Shown piece after piece: positions 29,484 through 39,648 of a stretch of 47,889 nucleotides of DNA. The position numbers and the translations under genes are program-made. Source of the DNA: Candidatus Kaiserbacteria bacterium (GTDB lineage: Bacteria > Patescibacteriota > Minisyncoccia > Phycocordibacterales > UBA918); NCBI GenBank assembly GCA_043729945.1, contig JAYTKW010000009.1, forward strand, positions 1 through 47,889. Direction: 5' to 3'. Below the pieces are notes generated by a model. The model saw only the letters and a list, made by a program, of their open reading frames with translations, did not search any database and had not been told where the DNA came from. Numbering within the stretch: position 1 is the first letter of the stretch; each line of letters begins with the position of its first letter.

Positions 29484-32291
29484 CGCGACGAGAGCAGCGA
29501 GTCGTTCTTGCGATAGTACCACCCACCCATCCTCAGTTGGATAACTAGCCTTAGCGTTAGCAAATACTGTTGCAGTAACAGAATCAACTGTTGTTGCATC
29601 AGTCATGGCTGCCAATGCGGCTAGCGCATCAGCTGATAGTAGGACATTAGCAGCATGTGCTAGTTTCTCGATATCAGCTACTTCGGTTGCCACTGCAGCC
29701 GCGTAACCAACTACAGCTGTACTAGATAATACTGGCGCTACAGTCTGATGAAAATCAGGTGTACCAGTAGATTTCGGAGTAAAGAGTGAAGGTGCAATAA
29801 TGTCTGAAGTAACTGTACCAGCAGCTGCTAGCGCAAGGGTGTCGCCACCTTTTCGTACAACTAGGACGTAGGCAAGGTATAAGGCCCAGAGAGCGAGCAA
29901 ACCATAGAATACAAACGTCAGGAATGGTCCAGCTTCAAATCCAGTGTATGGCACCTGTGTCAAAGAAATTCCTGACACTAATGGCTGTTGATCACGAATC
30001 TGTGATACAACGATGGCATTTTCCACGTCAACTTCTACTTTACAATCTCGGTCACGACTACCACGTTCTGCCGTTAGGGTGTAGGTAGTATCTTCGTCAG
30101 GACGGAGAGTGATTTCACCATCGTAGAGATCTTTCTTGTCACTACTACTGCGACCATCGGTCGTAATCAGAGTCTTGCCGTGATTGTCTTTTAGAGTCAC
30201 TTCGGTTGCTCGTGATGTGTCCCATTTGATAGTGACGCGTTCACCAAGAGAAATATTCTTGTCTGAAATTGATAGCTTACATGATGGGTTAGAAGACCCT
30301 CCACCTCCGCCACCGCCGCCGTTATTTTCGTTAACGTTTACGGCTACCGGACAGTTGATTGTTTGACTACCTTTTGTCGCAGTCAACACATAGGTGATAT
30401 CTGAACGTGGTGAAACTATGGCTGATCCATCAAGACGAGCTGAACCGTCAGGATTAAAAGGACTCACACCATTATCAATACTCACCCGAGTAACTCCCGT
30501 TGTATTCCAAGTCAGAGTTGTACTATCACCTTCGTTAATTGAAGCTGGATTAGCACTAAATGAGACGTTATCTGCACAAGAAATGTTCGTGTTGTTTTGT
30601 GGAGCAACAATTACTTTTACTTTACAACTGTTGTCAATATCTCCATCTGCATCACGTGCCGTCAGGATAAATTCAGTAGTTGCAGTAACATTAACTTCAC
30701 GAGAACCATCAACCGCAACTGTTCCAACAAGTGCTGTTGGGGCAATTGAAACTTGGGTAGCGCGAGAAGTATTCCAGTACAAAGCCACTGATCCACCGCC
30801 ATACGGTAATGAAGTATCTGACGCTGTAAATGAATCACACTTTGGTACAGTATCAACTGGAACATTTGTGACGGTTACAGTTTCAGGACAAGTATCTGTC
30901 CGACCATTAGTACCAAACGCAGTCAAATTGTAGGTAGTAGTAGTTAATGGAGTGACAGTTATTGAACCATCAGCCGCTTTTTCACCAATACCGTTATCAA
31001 TTCCTACAATACTCGCATTTGAAGTCATCCACCTAAGGGTACTACTCTGTCCTTTTTTAATACTACTAGAAGAAGCAGTAAACGAATCACAAGTTGGAGC
31101 AGGTGTCACCACTGGTGAGACGGTAACTTTAGCAGAACAAGTGTCCGTTACTCCTGCAGCATTTTTTGCCGTCAAGAGATAAGTCGTTGTCACTGTTGGA
31201 GTCACTACCTTTGAACCATCAACAGTAAGTGGACCGGTAACACCACTGATAGTAACGTTAGTTACGTTGGTAGTTTTCCAGACCAGGGTTGCACTATTCC
31301 CTTTCACAATCGAAACAGGAGCAGCAGTAAATTCATCACAAGTTGGAATCACTACAGTAGGAGGTACCACCGTCACTTTTACAGTACAAATATCTGTAAC
31401 GCCAGCAACATTTTTTGCAGTCAGGGTGTAGGTAGTTGTTTGAGCTGGAGAAACTGATTTCGAACCATCTACAGCTAGTGCTCCAGTAATACCACTGATA
31501 GTGATACTAGTAGCATTAGTAGTTGTCCAAGACAGGACCGAACTACTTCCTGCCTTAATACTTAATGGCGCAGCTGTAAATGAGTCACAGGTTGATAGTG
31601 GAGCTGGAGTTGCAACTTTTACGGCAACTACACAACTCTTTTGTCCAACACTATTAGATAGATTTAGAGTATAGGTTTTACTCGCTGTTACGTTAACATT
31701 TAATGTTCCATCACCAGCAACTGATTGACCATTTAGAGTCGCATTTGTTGCATTGGTTGTGTCCCACGCAAGCTTCACGCTTCCGCCCCCAACAGGTAAT
31801 GAGGCAGGAGTAGCTGTGAATGATTCACATCGAGGAGCTTCGATAACTCGACGAGTTACTCGAACTTCTTTCACACAAGTTCCTCCGGCTGTCTGTCCCG
31901 TAAAGACGAAACGACTGTAATTAGCTGCAGTAAAGGTATAGGTTTTTTGACCCACTGCTTGTACGGGATAATCATTAACTTTAAATGTTCCGTTTGATGG
32001 CGTACCTTTCCACGAAATTGTGTACTGATCCCCACTATTAACAACACTTATATTAGTAGAAATATTACAGGTGGGTGCAGGCACAGAATTTCCGCCGCCA
32101 GTACTTCCGCCTGTTGTACCTCCGGTCGATCCTCCAGTTGTGCCGCCTCCTGTCGTTCCTCCACCACAGTCAGTACAACCTGTACCACCTCCGCCAGTTA
32201 CTTGAGCTGAAGCAAAATTAGATACTGAAAAAACAACAACAAAAAACATTGCTATAAATACTGTCGTGAGACTGATTTTCTGAATAGTCAT
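29481..32291 (-). CDS. large surface protein with tandem Ig/PKD-like repeats and VPYTG sorting-like motif
   Basis: Signal peptide, Gly/Thr linker, about 8 repeats of C-x-x-F-T-A-x-P...G...L-x-W-x-T, then VPYTG, TM helix and RK. Confidence 0.85.
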   Translation of the reverse strand: MTIQKISLTTVFIAMFFVVVFSVSNFASAQVTGGGGTGCTDCGGGTTGGGTTGGSTGGTTGGSTGGGNSVPAPTCNISTNISVVNSGDQYTISWKGTPSNGTFKVNDYPVQAVGQKTYTFTAANYSRFVFTGQTAGGTCVKEVRVTRRVIEAPRCESFTATPASLPVGGGSVKLAWDTTNATNATLNGQSVAGDGTLNVNVTASKTYTLNLSNSVGQKSCVVAVKVATPAPLSTCDSFTAAPLSIKAGSSSVLSWTTTNATSITISGITGALAVDGSKSVSPAQTTTYTLTAKNVAGVTDICTVKVTVVPPTVVIPTCDEFTAAPVSIVKGNSATLVWKTTNVTNVTISGVTGPLTVDGSKVVTPTVTTTYLLTAKNAAGVTDTCSAKVTVSPVVTPAPTCDSFTASSSSIKKGQSSTLRWMTSNASIVGIDNGIGEKAADGSITVTPLTTTTYNLTAFGTNGRTDTCPETVTVTNVPVDTVPKCDSFTASDTSLPYGGGSVALYWNTSRATQVSIAPTALVGTVAVDGSREVNVTATTEFILTARDADGDIDNSCKVKVIVAPQNNTNISCADNVSFSANPASINEGDSTTLTWNTTGVTRVSIDNGVSPFNPDGSARLDGSAIVSPRSDITYVLTATKGSQTINCPVAVNVNENNGGGGGGGGSSNPSCKLSISDKNISLGERVTIKWDTSRATEVTLKDNHGKTLITTDGRSSSDKKDLYDGEITLRPDEDTTYTLTAERGSRDRDCKVEVDVENAIVVSQIRDQQPLVSGISLTQVPYTGFEAGPFLTFVFYGLLALWALYLAYVLVVRKGGDTLALAAAGTVTSDIIAPSLFTPKSTGTPDFHQTVAPVLSSTAVVGYAAAVATEVADIEKLAHAANVLLSADALAALAAMTDATTVDSVTATVFANAKASYPTEDGWVVLSQERLAALVA

Positions 32292-32436
32292 AATAAAGTG
32301 ATTATTAAATAATATATACCTATACCGAATTTCTTCGGATTAAAGAAATCGTTTCATTAACGTAAACGATTGCTCAGAATCCGCTTTGATTCTTGAGTTT
32401 TGGGAGGACGAACGCTGAATCGTCGTCCTCCCTGTG

Positions 32437-32811
32437 TCAGTCAGTAGGAATCCAATGTGGTTGCCACCGACCATCAATGCGATGGTTGAAGAACTGATGC
32501 CCTTCAACGACCACCGATTGATAGTCCCAATGGGCTTTGCCGTCCGTTCCAATGAAACAGACGCCATTATTTCCGGTCGGAGTGATGTGTACTGCCCGTG
32601 GGTCCTGACACGAAATCCGTTCGTGTTCACCGTCGGCAGGGCCGACGATGCAATACGCCACTTCCCAGATGGGAACCTGCTGCCCGTTCAAGACTGCAGT
32701 CGGCTGACCACAGTTGACTTGCCCTGTGCAGTCAGCAAGTGCCGGAGCACCGCCAACGAAGGCAGCTGCGGCGGTAATGGCCGAGGCCATGAAGAAATTA
32801 CGTGCCGTCAT
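32437..32811 (-). CDS. hypothetical secreted Cys-containing protein
   Basis: Ala-rich signal peptide, GGAGG SD, TTGACA-17-TAGACT promoter at 32887-32915. Confidence 0.65.
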   Translation of the reverse strand: MTARNFFMASAITAAAAFVGGAPALADCTGQVNCGQPTAVLNGQQVPIWEVAYCIVGPADGEHERISCQDPRAVHITPTGNNGVCFIGTDGKAHWDYQSVVVEGHQFFNHRIDGRWQPHWIPTD

Positions 32812-32941
32812 ATCGGCCTCCATTTAGACACATTGGTCCAGGTTTCAAGGAACTCCTCACTTCACGCAAAGAGCTTATTTGAAACTAGTCTATCATAATG
32901 ACATGCATTTGTCAATACTTAAGCCATGTTGTCAAACAGAT

Positions 32942-32980
32942 AAAGGGCGGTAGGGAACGATGTTCCTACCCGCCCCTTTT
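32942..32980. terminator. terminator hairpin
   Basis: AAAGGGCGGTAGG...CCTACCCGCCCCTTTT. Confidence 0.6.
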
Positions 32981-32986
32981 GATGCT

Positions 32987-33457
32987 TCAGCCGTCAATTG
33001 ACCCAGGACCGTTTCCAATAAATCCCGAATCGGTGGGCGCAGTTGACGGATGCTCCGTAACCACTTCACCCGGGCGAATAGTCACCTGACCATCGTCCTC
33101 GACAAGGTCTGAATCCGTCCACCCGTCGACGAATGGCTCACTGTTGTTGTCCCCTCCGGTCCTTGGCATGGGTCCGCAGTTGACGTCAGTCTCCTGCCCT
33201 GCGAGGGTCAGGTACGGACCTTTCCGCCCAACAGTCCAGTGTGGACCGTCGTTGATGTAAAGCGTTAAGGCATCGCAGACTTGTCCTTTCGGGAATGTAT
33301 GGCTCCCGAATTGAGACGAGGTCACCGTGACCTGCCCCGCCTGTTCGCTGGCTGTGATCATGTCGGGCAACGGCAACGGTGTATTTTGCACCGGCACGCA
33401 TCCTGCCACTACTGCTGCCAGTATTAGGGCAGCCACGACTTTCAAAAAGTTCCGCAT
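32987..33457 (-). CDS. hypothetical lipoprotein
   Basis: MRNFLK...VVAG|C lipobox, AAGGA SD, TTGACA promoter at 33544-33549. Confidence 0.65.
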   Translation of the reverse strand: MRNFLKVVAALILAAVVAGCVPVQNTPLPLPDMITASEQAGQVTVTSSQFGSHTFPKGQVCDALTLYINDGPHWTVGRKGPYLTLAGQETDVNCGPMPRTGGDNNSEPFVDGWTDSDLVEDDGQVTIRPGEVVTEHPSTAPTDSGFIGNGPGSIDG

Positions 33458-33595
33458 CTTTTGTCCTTTCACTGACATTTTGGCCCACTTGAGCCGGTTT
33501 CTTACAAATATTCTTCCAACACAATATCATACTACCTCTTATTTGTCAAGCAAAATGGAGGTAGTATTTCGTCAATTCTCTTGTTTATAAGGCTT

Positions 33596-34324
33596 TTAGA
33601 TCAACTTCGTACTCTGCAAACTGGCTTCGACAATATAACGATCGTCAGTGGAGCCGAAGCTGTTGCAAGTAGCAAGCGTCAGACGCTTCCCTTTACCGGC
33701 CACGGGGATGGTGAGGCCGGAGGCCTTGGCCTTGTAGACCTTTTCAACCCGGTAGGTATAGGTAGCCTCCGGTGAACCAACAGTGATAGTGTCACCCCAT
33801 TTGAGGTTTTGAATGCCGTTTAGCGCCTGGAAGTTCTTGTTATGGACCGTTGGGAGGTAACTGGAATGGCCCAAAATAAAGATATTTCCCTCTTCATTTA
33901 GGGTCGCTGAATCAGGGTGGCGAACAACACCTTTGAGCAAAGCGGCATCAAGTGAGGCAATCGATTTCGAAGCCGGATTAAGCACCGTAACGGTGCGCCC
34001 CAGTGCGTCGATAGTGAGTGACTGTGGTAGGACGGCTCCGGCACTCTGTACCGCACTTGCTCCTTCCTCTTTTTTAGGGGTGATGGTGTCGGTTGTGGTT
34101 GCTGGCCGCACCTGTGGCGCCTCAGCTGTTGGTGCTACGGCTGGCGTTTCGGCTCGTACCTCGGGAGTTTTAGGTACCACCACCGCTTTATCGGTCACTG
34201 GTTCAGGTAATATATCAAACGCCGCAAAGACTGCGTAGGTTAGGGTGAAAATAAGAAAAAACGTACCCAAAAAGGCAACTTTTCGTTCCATTGCACGATC
34301 GAGGGCGGAAATGAGTGAAAACAT
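33596..34324 (-). CDS. sortase
   Basis: N-terminal TM; GHSS, LTLATC and RYIV give the His/Cys/Arg catalytic triad. Confidence 0.92.
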   Translation of the reverse strand: MFSLISALDRAMERKVAFLGTFFLIFTLTYAVFAAFDILPEPVTDKAVVVPKTPEVRAETPAVAPTAEAPQVRPATTTDTITPKKEEGASAVQSAGAVLPQSLTIDALGRTVTVLNPASKSIASLDAALLKGVVRHPDSATLNEEGNIFILGHSSYLPTVHNKNFQALNGIQNLKWGDTITVGSPEATYTYRVEKVYKAKASGLTIPVAGKGKRLTLATCNSFGSTDDRYIVEASLQSTKLI

Positions 34325-34446
34325 AATGGAACTATAGTAGCATAATCAACGGTTTTGTCAAGGTTACAACGAAATCCCTGTCCTTGCGAAAGTTCATTTT
34401 TGTGTTATTGACAAACGCAATCTGTCATGGTAGGGTCGATTGTATT

Positions 34447-35505
34447 ATGCAAACAATAACACCAGAGCAAAAAACAAAAAAAGACAGTATTTTAAAAACA
34501 TTAGCTGTTGGAGGGTTTATTGGACTGATTGTTATTATTGCCTGGCTCGGCATGCAGCTAGTGAATGTGTTACCAAATGCGCTTACCTCACTCGCCTCAA
34601 TTGCTGACACGGTCTACAATTATGAAGAAGTTGTGATTGAAGTAAACAGTAGTAAAGAAACGGCCACAGCCGGTGAATCATTTGGTCTGACCTGGAATGT
34701 CCCCCGCACTCCGGGTGATTTCACGTTTACCTATGACTGTACTGACGGGGTGGCGGTAGATGTACGCACCATTGGCGGGACCGTTGAATCGGTTGAGTGT
34801 GATAGCGAAAAAAATCTCGGGAACGTCAGCGGGATTGATATCCAAATTAGTTCAGAAAAAGAACGGTCGGTCGAAGTCCCCTACTCTGTGGCCTTTATTC
34901 CTAGTAATGACCTCAATGCGGTAGCTGTGACCGACAGTTCAATTACGGTAGAAAACAAAAAGATTACTGACGGTGTGGCTATGGCGACAACCAGCACACC
35001 CGTCGTCACTCCCCCGGTCGTTGCAGTAACGCCAAAGCCTGTAGTTACCCCAACTCCCCCAGCAAAGCCAGTTGTAGCCAAGCCAAAGCCCGTGGCCCCA
35101 AAGCCAGTAGCCACCCCAACCTACACCTACGCTATTCCTGTAAGCAACCCTAATGGCTTCACCGATATTGCTACCAAATTGGTTAATGTTGGTACACTCG
35201 CAGGAGGTAAATTTACCAACACCCTCGTCGATAACGACAACGGTGGCGCTATCTTGTTTGAGATCAAGAACATTGGTACTAAAACGTCAGAATCATTTAC
35301 GTACACGATTACTCTCCCTAACGGCACCACCTACACGTCACCCGTGCAGACTGCCCTTAAGCCAAACGAACGCGTGACCGCAGCAGCCGGCTTTGATGTC
35401 TCTAACATGATCGGAGTAAAATCATTTAGTGTCTCAGTCAATAGTCGAAACGAAACCATCAACACCAACAACGCCTTCACCGGCAACGTAACCATCGTCG
35501 ACTAA
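34447..35505 (+). CDS. membrane-anchored protein with Pro-rich linker and C-terminal CARDB/Ig-like domain
   Basis: TM helix, PVVTP/KPV linker, FEIKNIGT...ETINTNN motif. Confidence 0.75.
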   Translation: MQTITPEQKTKKDSILKTLAVGGFIGLIVIIAWLGMQLVNVLPNALTSLASIADTVYNYEEVVIEVNSSKETATAGESFGLTWNVPRTPGDFTFTYDCTDGVAVDVRTIGGTVESVECDSEKNLGNVSGIDIQISSEKERSVEVPYSVAFIPSNDLNAVAVTDSSITVENKKITDGVAMATTSTPVVTPPVVAVTPKPVVTPTPPAKPVVAKPKPVAPKPVATPTYTYAIPVSNPNGFTDIATKLVNVGTLAGGKFTNTLVDNDNGGAILFEIKNIGTKTSESFTYTITLPNGTTYTSPVQTALKPNERVTAAAGFDVSNMIGVKSFSVSVNSRNETINTNNAFTGNVTIVD

Positions 35506-35529
35506 TCCCCCACTCCCCCGCTCGACCAC

Positions 35530-35562
35530 CCAAAACCCCGCGATACATTCGCGGGGTTTTGG
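35530..35562. terminator. bidirectional terminator
   Basis: CCAAAACCCCGCGA...TCGCGGGGTTTTGG. Confidence 0.75.
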
Positions 35563-35702
35563 TATGCACCTTTATGACTCTTCTGGATTGCCGCACTTCG
35601 TTCGCAAAGACGAACGTTGCCGTTGGTCTGACTCCAGAATCTAAATCAGATTTTGAGTGCAGCTTTTTTTACAAGAGTGAATGAAATGTACAGCACGCAA
35701 AG

Positions 35703-35827
35703 CTAATCGCGATCACAAATCGTCAGATACGAGGCGCGACTACGAGAGCTGATGAGCCGTACTTAACGTACTGTGAATCTGCGAACGAAGGAAGCAACAA
35801 AGTAGCTGGGGATTTTGGCGCGATTAG
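35703..35827 (+). repeat. structured repeat family A, copy 5 (overlaps gyrB stop)
   Basis: ATACGAGGCG...GAGCCGTAC-ttaac-GTACTGTGA...CAACAAAGTA; closing stem CTAATCGCG/CGCGATTAG. Confidence 0.8.
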
Positions 35828-38800
35828 ATGTCGAGGGTGGCCATCTTGGCGTTAGACTGAATGAACGACTTCCGACTCGGCACATCCGTTCCCATCAGCA
35901 CATCAAATACCTTATCGGCCATAATACCGTCTTCAATTGTCACTTGCTTCAAGATTCGATTTTGTGGATTCATGGTTGTCTCCCATAGTTCCTCGGGGTT
36001 CATTTCACCAAGACCTTTGTATCGTTGGATTTTGGCTCGACCTGGTTTTTTAGTGGCAGCAGCGGTCTCTTCGACTTCCTCCTCTTCTTCGGTCTCGTCT
36101 TCGGTTACGACATCAATGCTCGGGTCTTCGCCCATTGATTTTAGGACATCAGCTTTTTCCTGATCTGAATACGCATACTGAATGTCTTTACCTTTCTGGA
36201 TTTTATACAGTGGTGGTTGAGCGATGTAGATGTAGCCGGCTTCAATCAGGGGTTTAAAGTAGCGGTAAAAGAGCGTGAGTAGCAGTGTCCGAATGTGGGC
36301 ACCGTCAACGTCGGCATCAGTCGCGATAATGACTTTGTGGTAACGGAGTTTCTCGATATCAAACACATCTCCAATCGCCGTCCCCATCGCAATCACCAGG
36401 TTCTTGATTTGTTCTGACGCCAACATCTTATCAATCCGGGCTCGTTCAACGTTGAGGATTTTACCACGCAGTGGCAAAATCGCCTGCGTCTTGCGGTCAC
36501 GCCCCATTTTCGCACTATTATGTACAAAAACCCCAGAGGCGAGAGCGAAATTATGTGTGTCAGGGACCTCGAAATCGTAAACATCCATAGTCTCACCCAG
36601 GTCCTGCACCGACACTACTTTATGGTTGTGCAAAATGGCCGCTTCTTTTAGCGCCTTAATGTCGCCATTAAAGAAACGGTTTGCAACGGTGCTTGGCTTG
36701 ATAAGACTTCTATCTTTAGATTCTTTTCGTATAGATTCGTACCGATCAAGATCCACTTGTCCAGTCTCTTCATAAACCTTATGTAGCACCGAAAGCATTT
36801 TATGTAGATACGTTTGGTTATACGCTTGTTTACGCTTTGCTCTAAATTCATCAGTCCACTGTGCTGCGGTAGTATCGCTTCGCCAGTCCTTTAGAGTCTG
36901 ATCTTCCCACTGCTTCCGTGCAAGCACACTAAGCTCTAACTTGAGTTGGGGATTTTTTTCAAAAAAGTCCTGCGTTCGTTTTGATTGCGCTTGGCGATTT
37001 TTATCATCACTCCAATACTTTTGCTGCGCATCATTTAGTCGAGCGTTAGATTCATTTCGATATTCCTCATTGGAATGGTAGAACTCTAAAAACTTATCAA
37101 CCATAAATTCTTTATACTCCGCCTTCTCCCACTGCTTCTTGGCTCGATCAGAAAGCATAGCTTTCATCTCTGGAGTGGACATAATCTCACTAATTTTCTG
37201 TCGGTATAGGGGGGCCTGGTGGGCATCGCGGGCTTTTTGTTTTGCTTGGTCAGTATGGAGGGTAACCGCAACATGCTCACGATGTAACCTAAGGTGCGCT
37301 TCTTTTGAGAGTGATGCCAGATTATCTGGATTGTTATTTAGTTTATTGAAGTCACGATGATGGATATGGTCTCCTTCATTTTTCACATAGTGGCCTCTGT
37401 CCTGATTAAAACGATCGGCAAGCAAATGAGTAAAGCGCCAGTAGTTCTCTACCGGATCGAACACCATTTCATAACCCTCAATCGTAATTCGTCCACCCAT
37501 TTTAGAGTGTTGCCGGTACAGAGGCATCAGCGAACTGCCTGCAGAAAGGTCGCGCGCAGCCAGGTACGTACCGTCACGCAACATAAATCTGTGGTCTGGG
37601 GTACAGACTATTTCTGCGGAATTATCCAGGGTAACTTTTACAACATTGGCTGCGTGTTTGGTAATACGCGGATGCAATACATCACCCACAGCCACTTTTC
37701 CGTTGTTATCTATGGTGTAACAATGATGCTTTTTACCTTGATTGTGTTCTGCCAGAATATCTTTGAGAGACAAGTTTCGACCATCAAGTAACGCAATTTC
37801 TGTGTCGCCAGAGAAACATCCTCCGGCGGAATCTCCTTCCACGATAAATATTTCTGAGTCACTCGGTTTTTTACTTTGACAGTCGGCCAGTTTACCCGGT
37901 AATGACATGCCTTCGAGCATGCCCTTACGGAGCACACTGTCTTTGGCGGCCTTGGCGGCTTTGCGGGCCTTCACGGCAATCACTACTTTGTTAATAATAG
38001 CTTTGGCATCATCGGGATTTTCTTCGAGATAGGTATTGAACGCTTCACCAAAGACTGATTCGACGGCACCGCGAGCTTCAACTGATCCGAGCTTGGCTTT
38101 AGTCTGACCCTCAAATTGAATCTCGGGCATCTTGACTGAGACCACGGCTGTAATACCTTCGAGCACATCGTCGCCCGTGAAGCCAGCATCTTTGTCTTTG
38201 ACGCTAAAGAAGTTATTTTTCTTGGCGTAGTTATTGAGGGTTCGGGTCAACGCGGTTTTAAACCCAGTGATGTGGGTTCCGTGTTCCGGGTTGTAGATAT
38301 TATTCGCAAAGGCTGATATACGAGATGAGATATCGTCGACGTATTGCAGAGCTACTTCAACCGACAATACCATAGCGTCGTAGTCATTTTTCTCGACGTA
38401 GAAGATATTTTTGTGAACTGGTTTTTGGTACTGGTTGTTGAAAGCAACGAGTGACCGCAAACCGCCTTCGAAATAGAAATGCTGGTGTGGTACCTCGAGT
38501 CGCTCGTCAGTTAGATACTGTTTACCTTTGAGACCGTCTAAGAATTTAACGAGAGCTTTGTCCGTAGTAGCATGCACGGCCGCAGCTTCACCGACAGCTA
38601 ACCTGGCATCAATGACTGACAGTTCCATCGCCTTGACCAGGTACGCTTGCTGACGCAAGTGAGTGACAATTTTTTTGAAATCGTAATTAGTGTCTGGGAA
38701 AATACTGGCGTCCCCCTGGAACGTCACGACGGTACCCTGCATTTTTGAGGGACCGACTTTTTTGACTTTATATTTTGGGACACCGATACCATACTCTTGG

Positions 38801-39249
38801 ATATAGTGTCCCCCATCGCGGTGCACTTCAACAATGACGTGGGTCGAGAGCGCGTTCATTACCGACACCCCCACCCCGTGGAGACCACCGGATACTTTAT
38901 ACCCACTATCTTCACCACCGAATTTTCCGCCGGCATGGAGGACCGTTAAAATCGTTTCCAGCGCCGACACCCCGGTTTGTTTGTGAACATCAACCGGAAT
39001 ACCGCGACCGTTGTCGACAACGCGAACGTACCCACCCGGCAAGAGCGCCACTTCAACCCGGTTCGCAAAGCCACCCATCGCTTCATCGCGTGAGTTATCG
39101 AACACTTCCCAAATCAAATGGTGAAAGCCCTCGGGACCAGTCGTCCCAATGTACATCCCGGGACGCTTGCGAACCGGATCAAGTCCTTCGAGCACCGAAA
39201 TCGATGACGCGTCATAGGTACTCTTTTTTGCTGCTTTTTTGTCTGCCAT
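35824..39249 (-). CDS. gyrB: DNA gyrase subunit B (intein-containing)
   Basis: VRKRPGMYIG, SGGLHGVG, EGDSAGG, LPLRGK, TDADVDG, QRYKGLGEM; start placed at 39249. Confidence 0.97.
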   Translation of the reverse strand: MADKKAAKKSTYDASSISVLEGLDPVRKRPGMYIGTTGPEGFHHLIWEVFDNSRDEAMGGFANRVEVALLPGGYVRVVDNGRGIPVDVHKQTGVSALETILTVLHAGGKFGGEDSGYKVSGGLHGVGVSVMNALSTHVIVEVHRDGGHYIQEYGIGVPKYKVKKVGPSKMQGTVVTFQGDASIFPDTNYDFKKIVTHLRQQAYLVKAMELSVIDARLAVGEAAAVHATTDKALVKFLDGLKGKQYLTDERLEVPHQHFYFEGGLRSLVAFNNQYQKPVHKNIFYVEKNDYDAMVLSVEVALQYVDDISSRISAFANNIYNPEHGTHITGFKTALTRTLNNYAKKNNFFSVKDKDAGFTGDDVLEGITAVVSVKMPEIQFEGQTKAKLGSVEARGAVESVFGEAFNTYLEENPDDAKAIINKVVIAVKARKAAKAAKDSVLRKGMLEGMSLPGKLADCQSKKPSDSEIFIVEGDSAGGCFSGDTEIALLDGRNLSLKDILAEHNQGKKHHCYTIDNNGKVAVGDVLHPRITKHAANVVKVTLDNSAEIVCTPDHRFMLRDGTYLAARDLSAGSSLMPLYRQHSKMGGRITIEGYEMVFDPVENYWRFTHLLADRFNQDRGHYVKNEGDHIHHRDFNKLNNNPDNLASLSKEAHLRLHREHVAVTLHTDQAKQKARDAHQAPLYRQKISEIMSTPEMKAMLSDRAKKQWEKAEYKEFMVDKFLEFYHSNEEYRNESNARLNDAQQKYWSDDKNRQAQSKRTQDFFEKNPQLKLELSVLARKQWEDQTLKDWRSDTTAAQWTDEFRAKRKQAYNQTYLHKMLSVLHKVYEETGQVDLDRYESIRKESKDRSLIKPSTVANRFFNGDIKALKEAAILHNHKVVSVQDLGETMDVYDFEVPDTHNFALASGVFVHNSAKMGRDRKTQAILPLRGKILNVERARIDKMLASEQIKNLVIAMGTAIGDVFDIEKLRYHKVIIATDADVDGAHIRTLLLTLFYRYFKPLIEAGYIYIAQPPLYKIQKGKDIQYAYSDQEKADVLKSMGEDPSIDVVTEDETEEEEEVEETAAATKKPGRAKIQRYKGLGEMNPEELWETTMNPQNRILKQVTIEDGIMADKVFDVLMGTDVPSRKSFIQSNAKMATLDI
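36517..37818 (-). mobile_element. intein (434 aa) with HNH homing endonuclease in GyrB
   Basis: EGDSAGG|CFSGDT... block B CTPDHRF, HHRDFNKLNNNPDNL HNH motif, VYDFEVPDTHNFAL...VFVHN|SAK. Confidence 0.95.
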
Positions 39250-39433
39250 AATCGGGGAACGCTCTAAATAATAATAAGTAAGTCCAGCGATTTTCCCAAG
39301 GAAAGAAAAAATCGGGACATAAATTCGCAATTGTCGCTAGTGCTCTGTTGCTTATTTATAGTATAGCAAAAAAATCACTTGTTTGCCTGGGGAAATCGTG
39401 GTATTTTTTTGCACAAACTGAAAGGAGATCTGC

Positions 39434-39640
39434 ATGTCCGATAGTTTTGAAAAACCCCATTGGGGTGTGGCAGTAACCACCAAATCAGGAGGTAAAATAT
39501 GGCTCTATTATGACCACGCGGTCGGAGAGGTCAAGGGGTCCCCAACAAGTCGCCCACTGCTATTGGTTACCGCCAACCGTATCCTTGGTTGGCTCACGCG
39601 GAATAACCTCACGGGAAAGCTCATCGACCTTGAAAAATAG
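39434..39640 (+). CDS. small hypothetical protein
   Basis: 68-aa ORF with AAAGGAG SD, filling the gyrB-pheT gap. Confidence 0.55.
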   Translation: MSDSFEKPHWGVAVTTKSGGKIWLYYDHAVGEVKGSPTSRPLLLVTANRILGWLTRNNLTGKLIDLEK

Positions 39641-39648
39641 AAATAACG

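Noticed and set aside
29072-29599. ORFs of 175 aa (-) and 91 aa (+) across the thrS / surface-protein gap
   Set aside because: They cross a terminator and the nested repeats and overlap real genes.
32095-32200. Tandem GGT/GGA-rich repeat as CRISPR or VNTR
   Set aside because: Encodes the Gly/Thr linker with synonymous variation; no repeat-spacer pattern. No CRISPR array was seen anywhere in the window.
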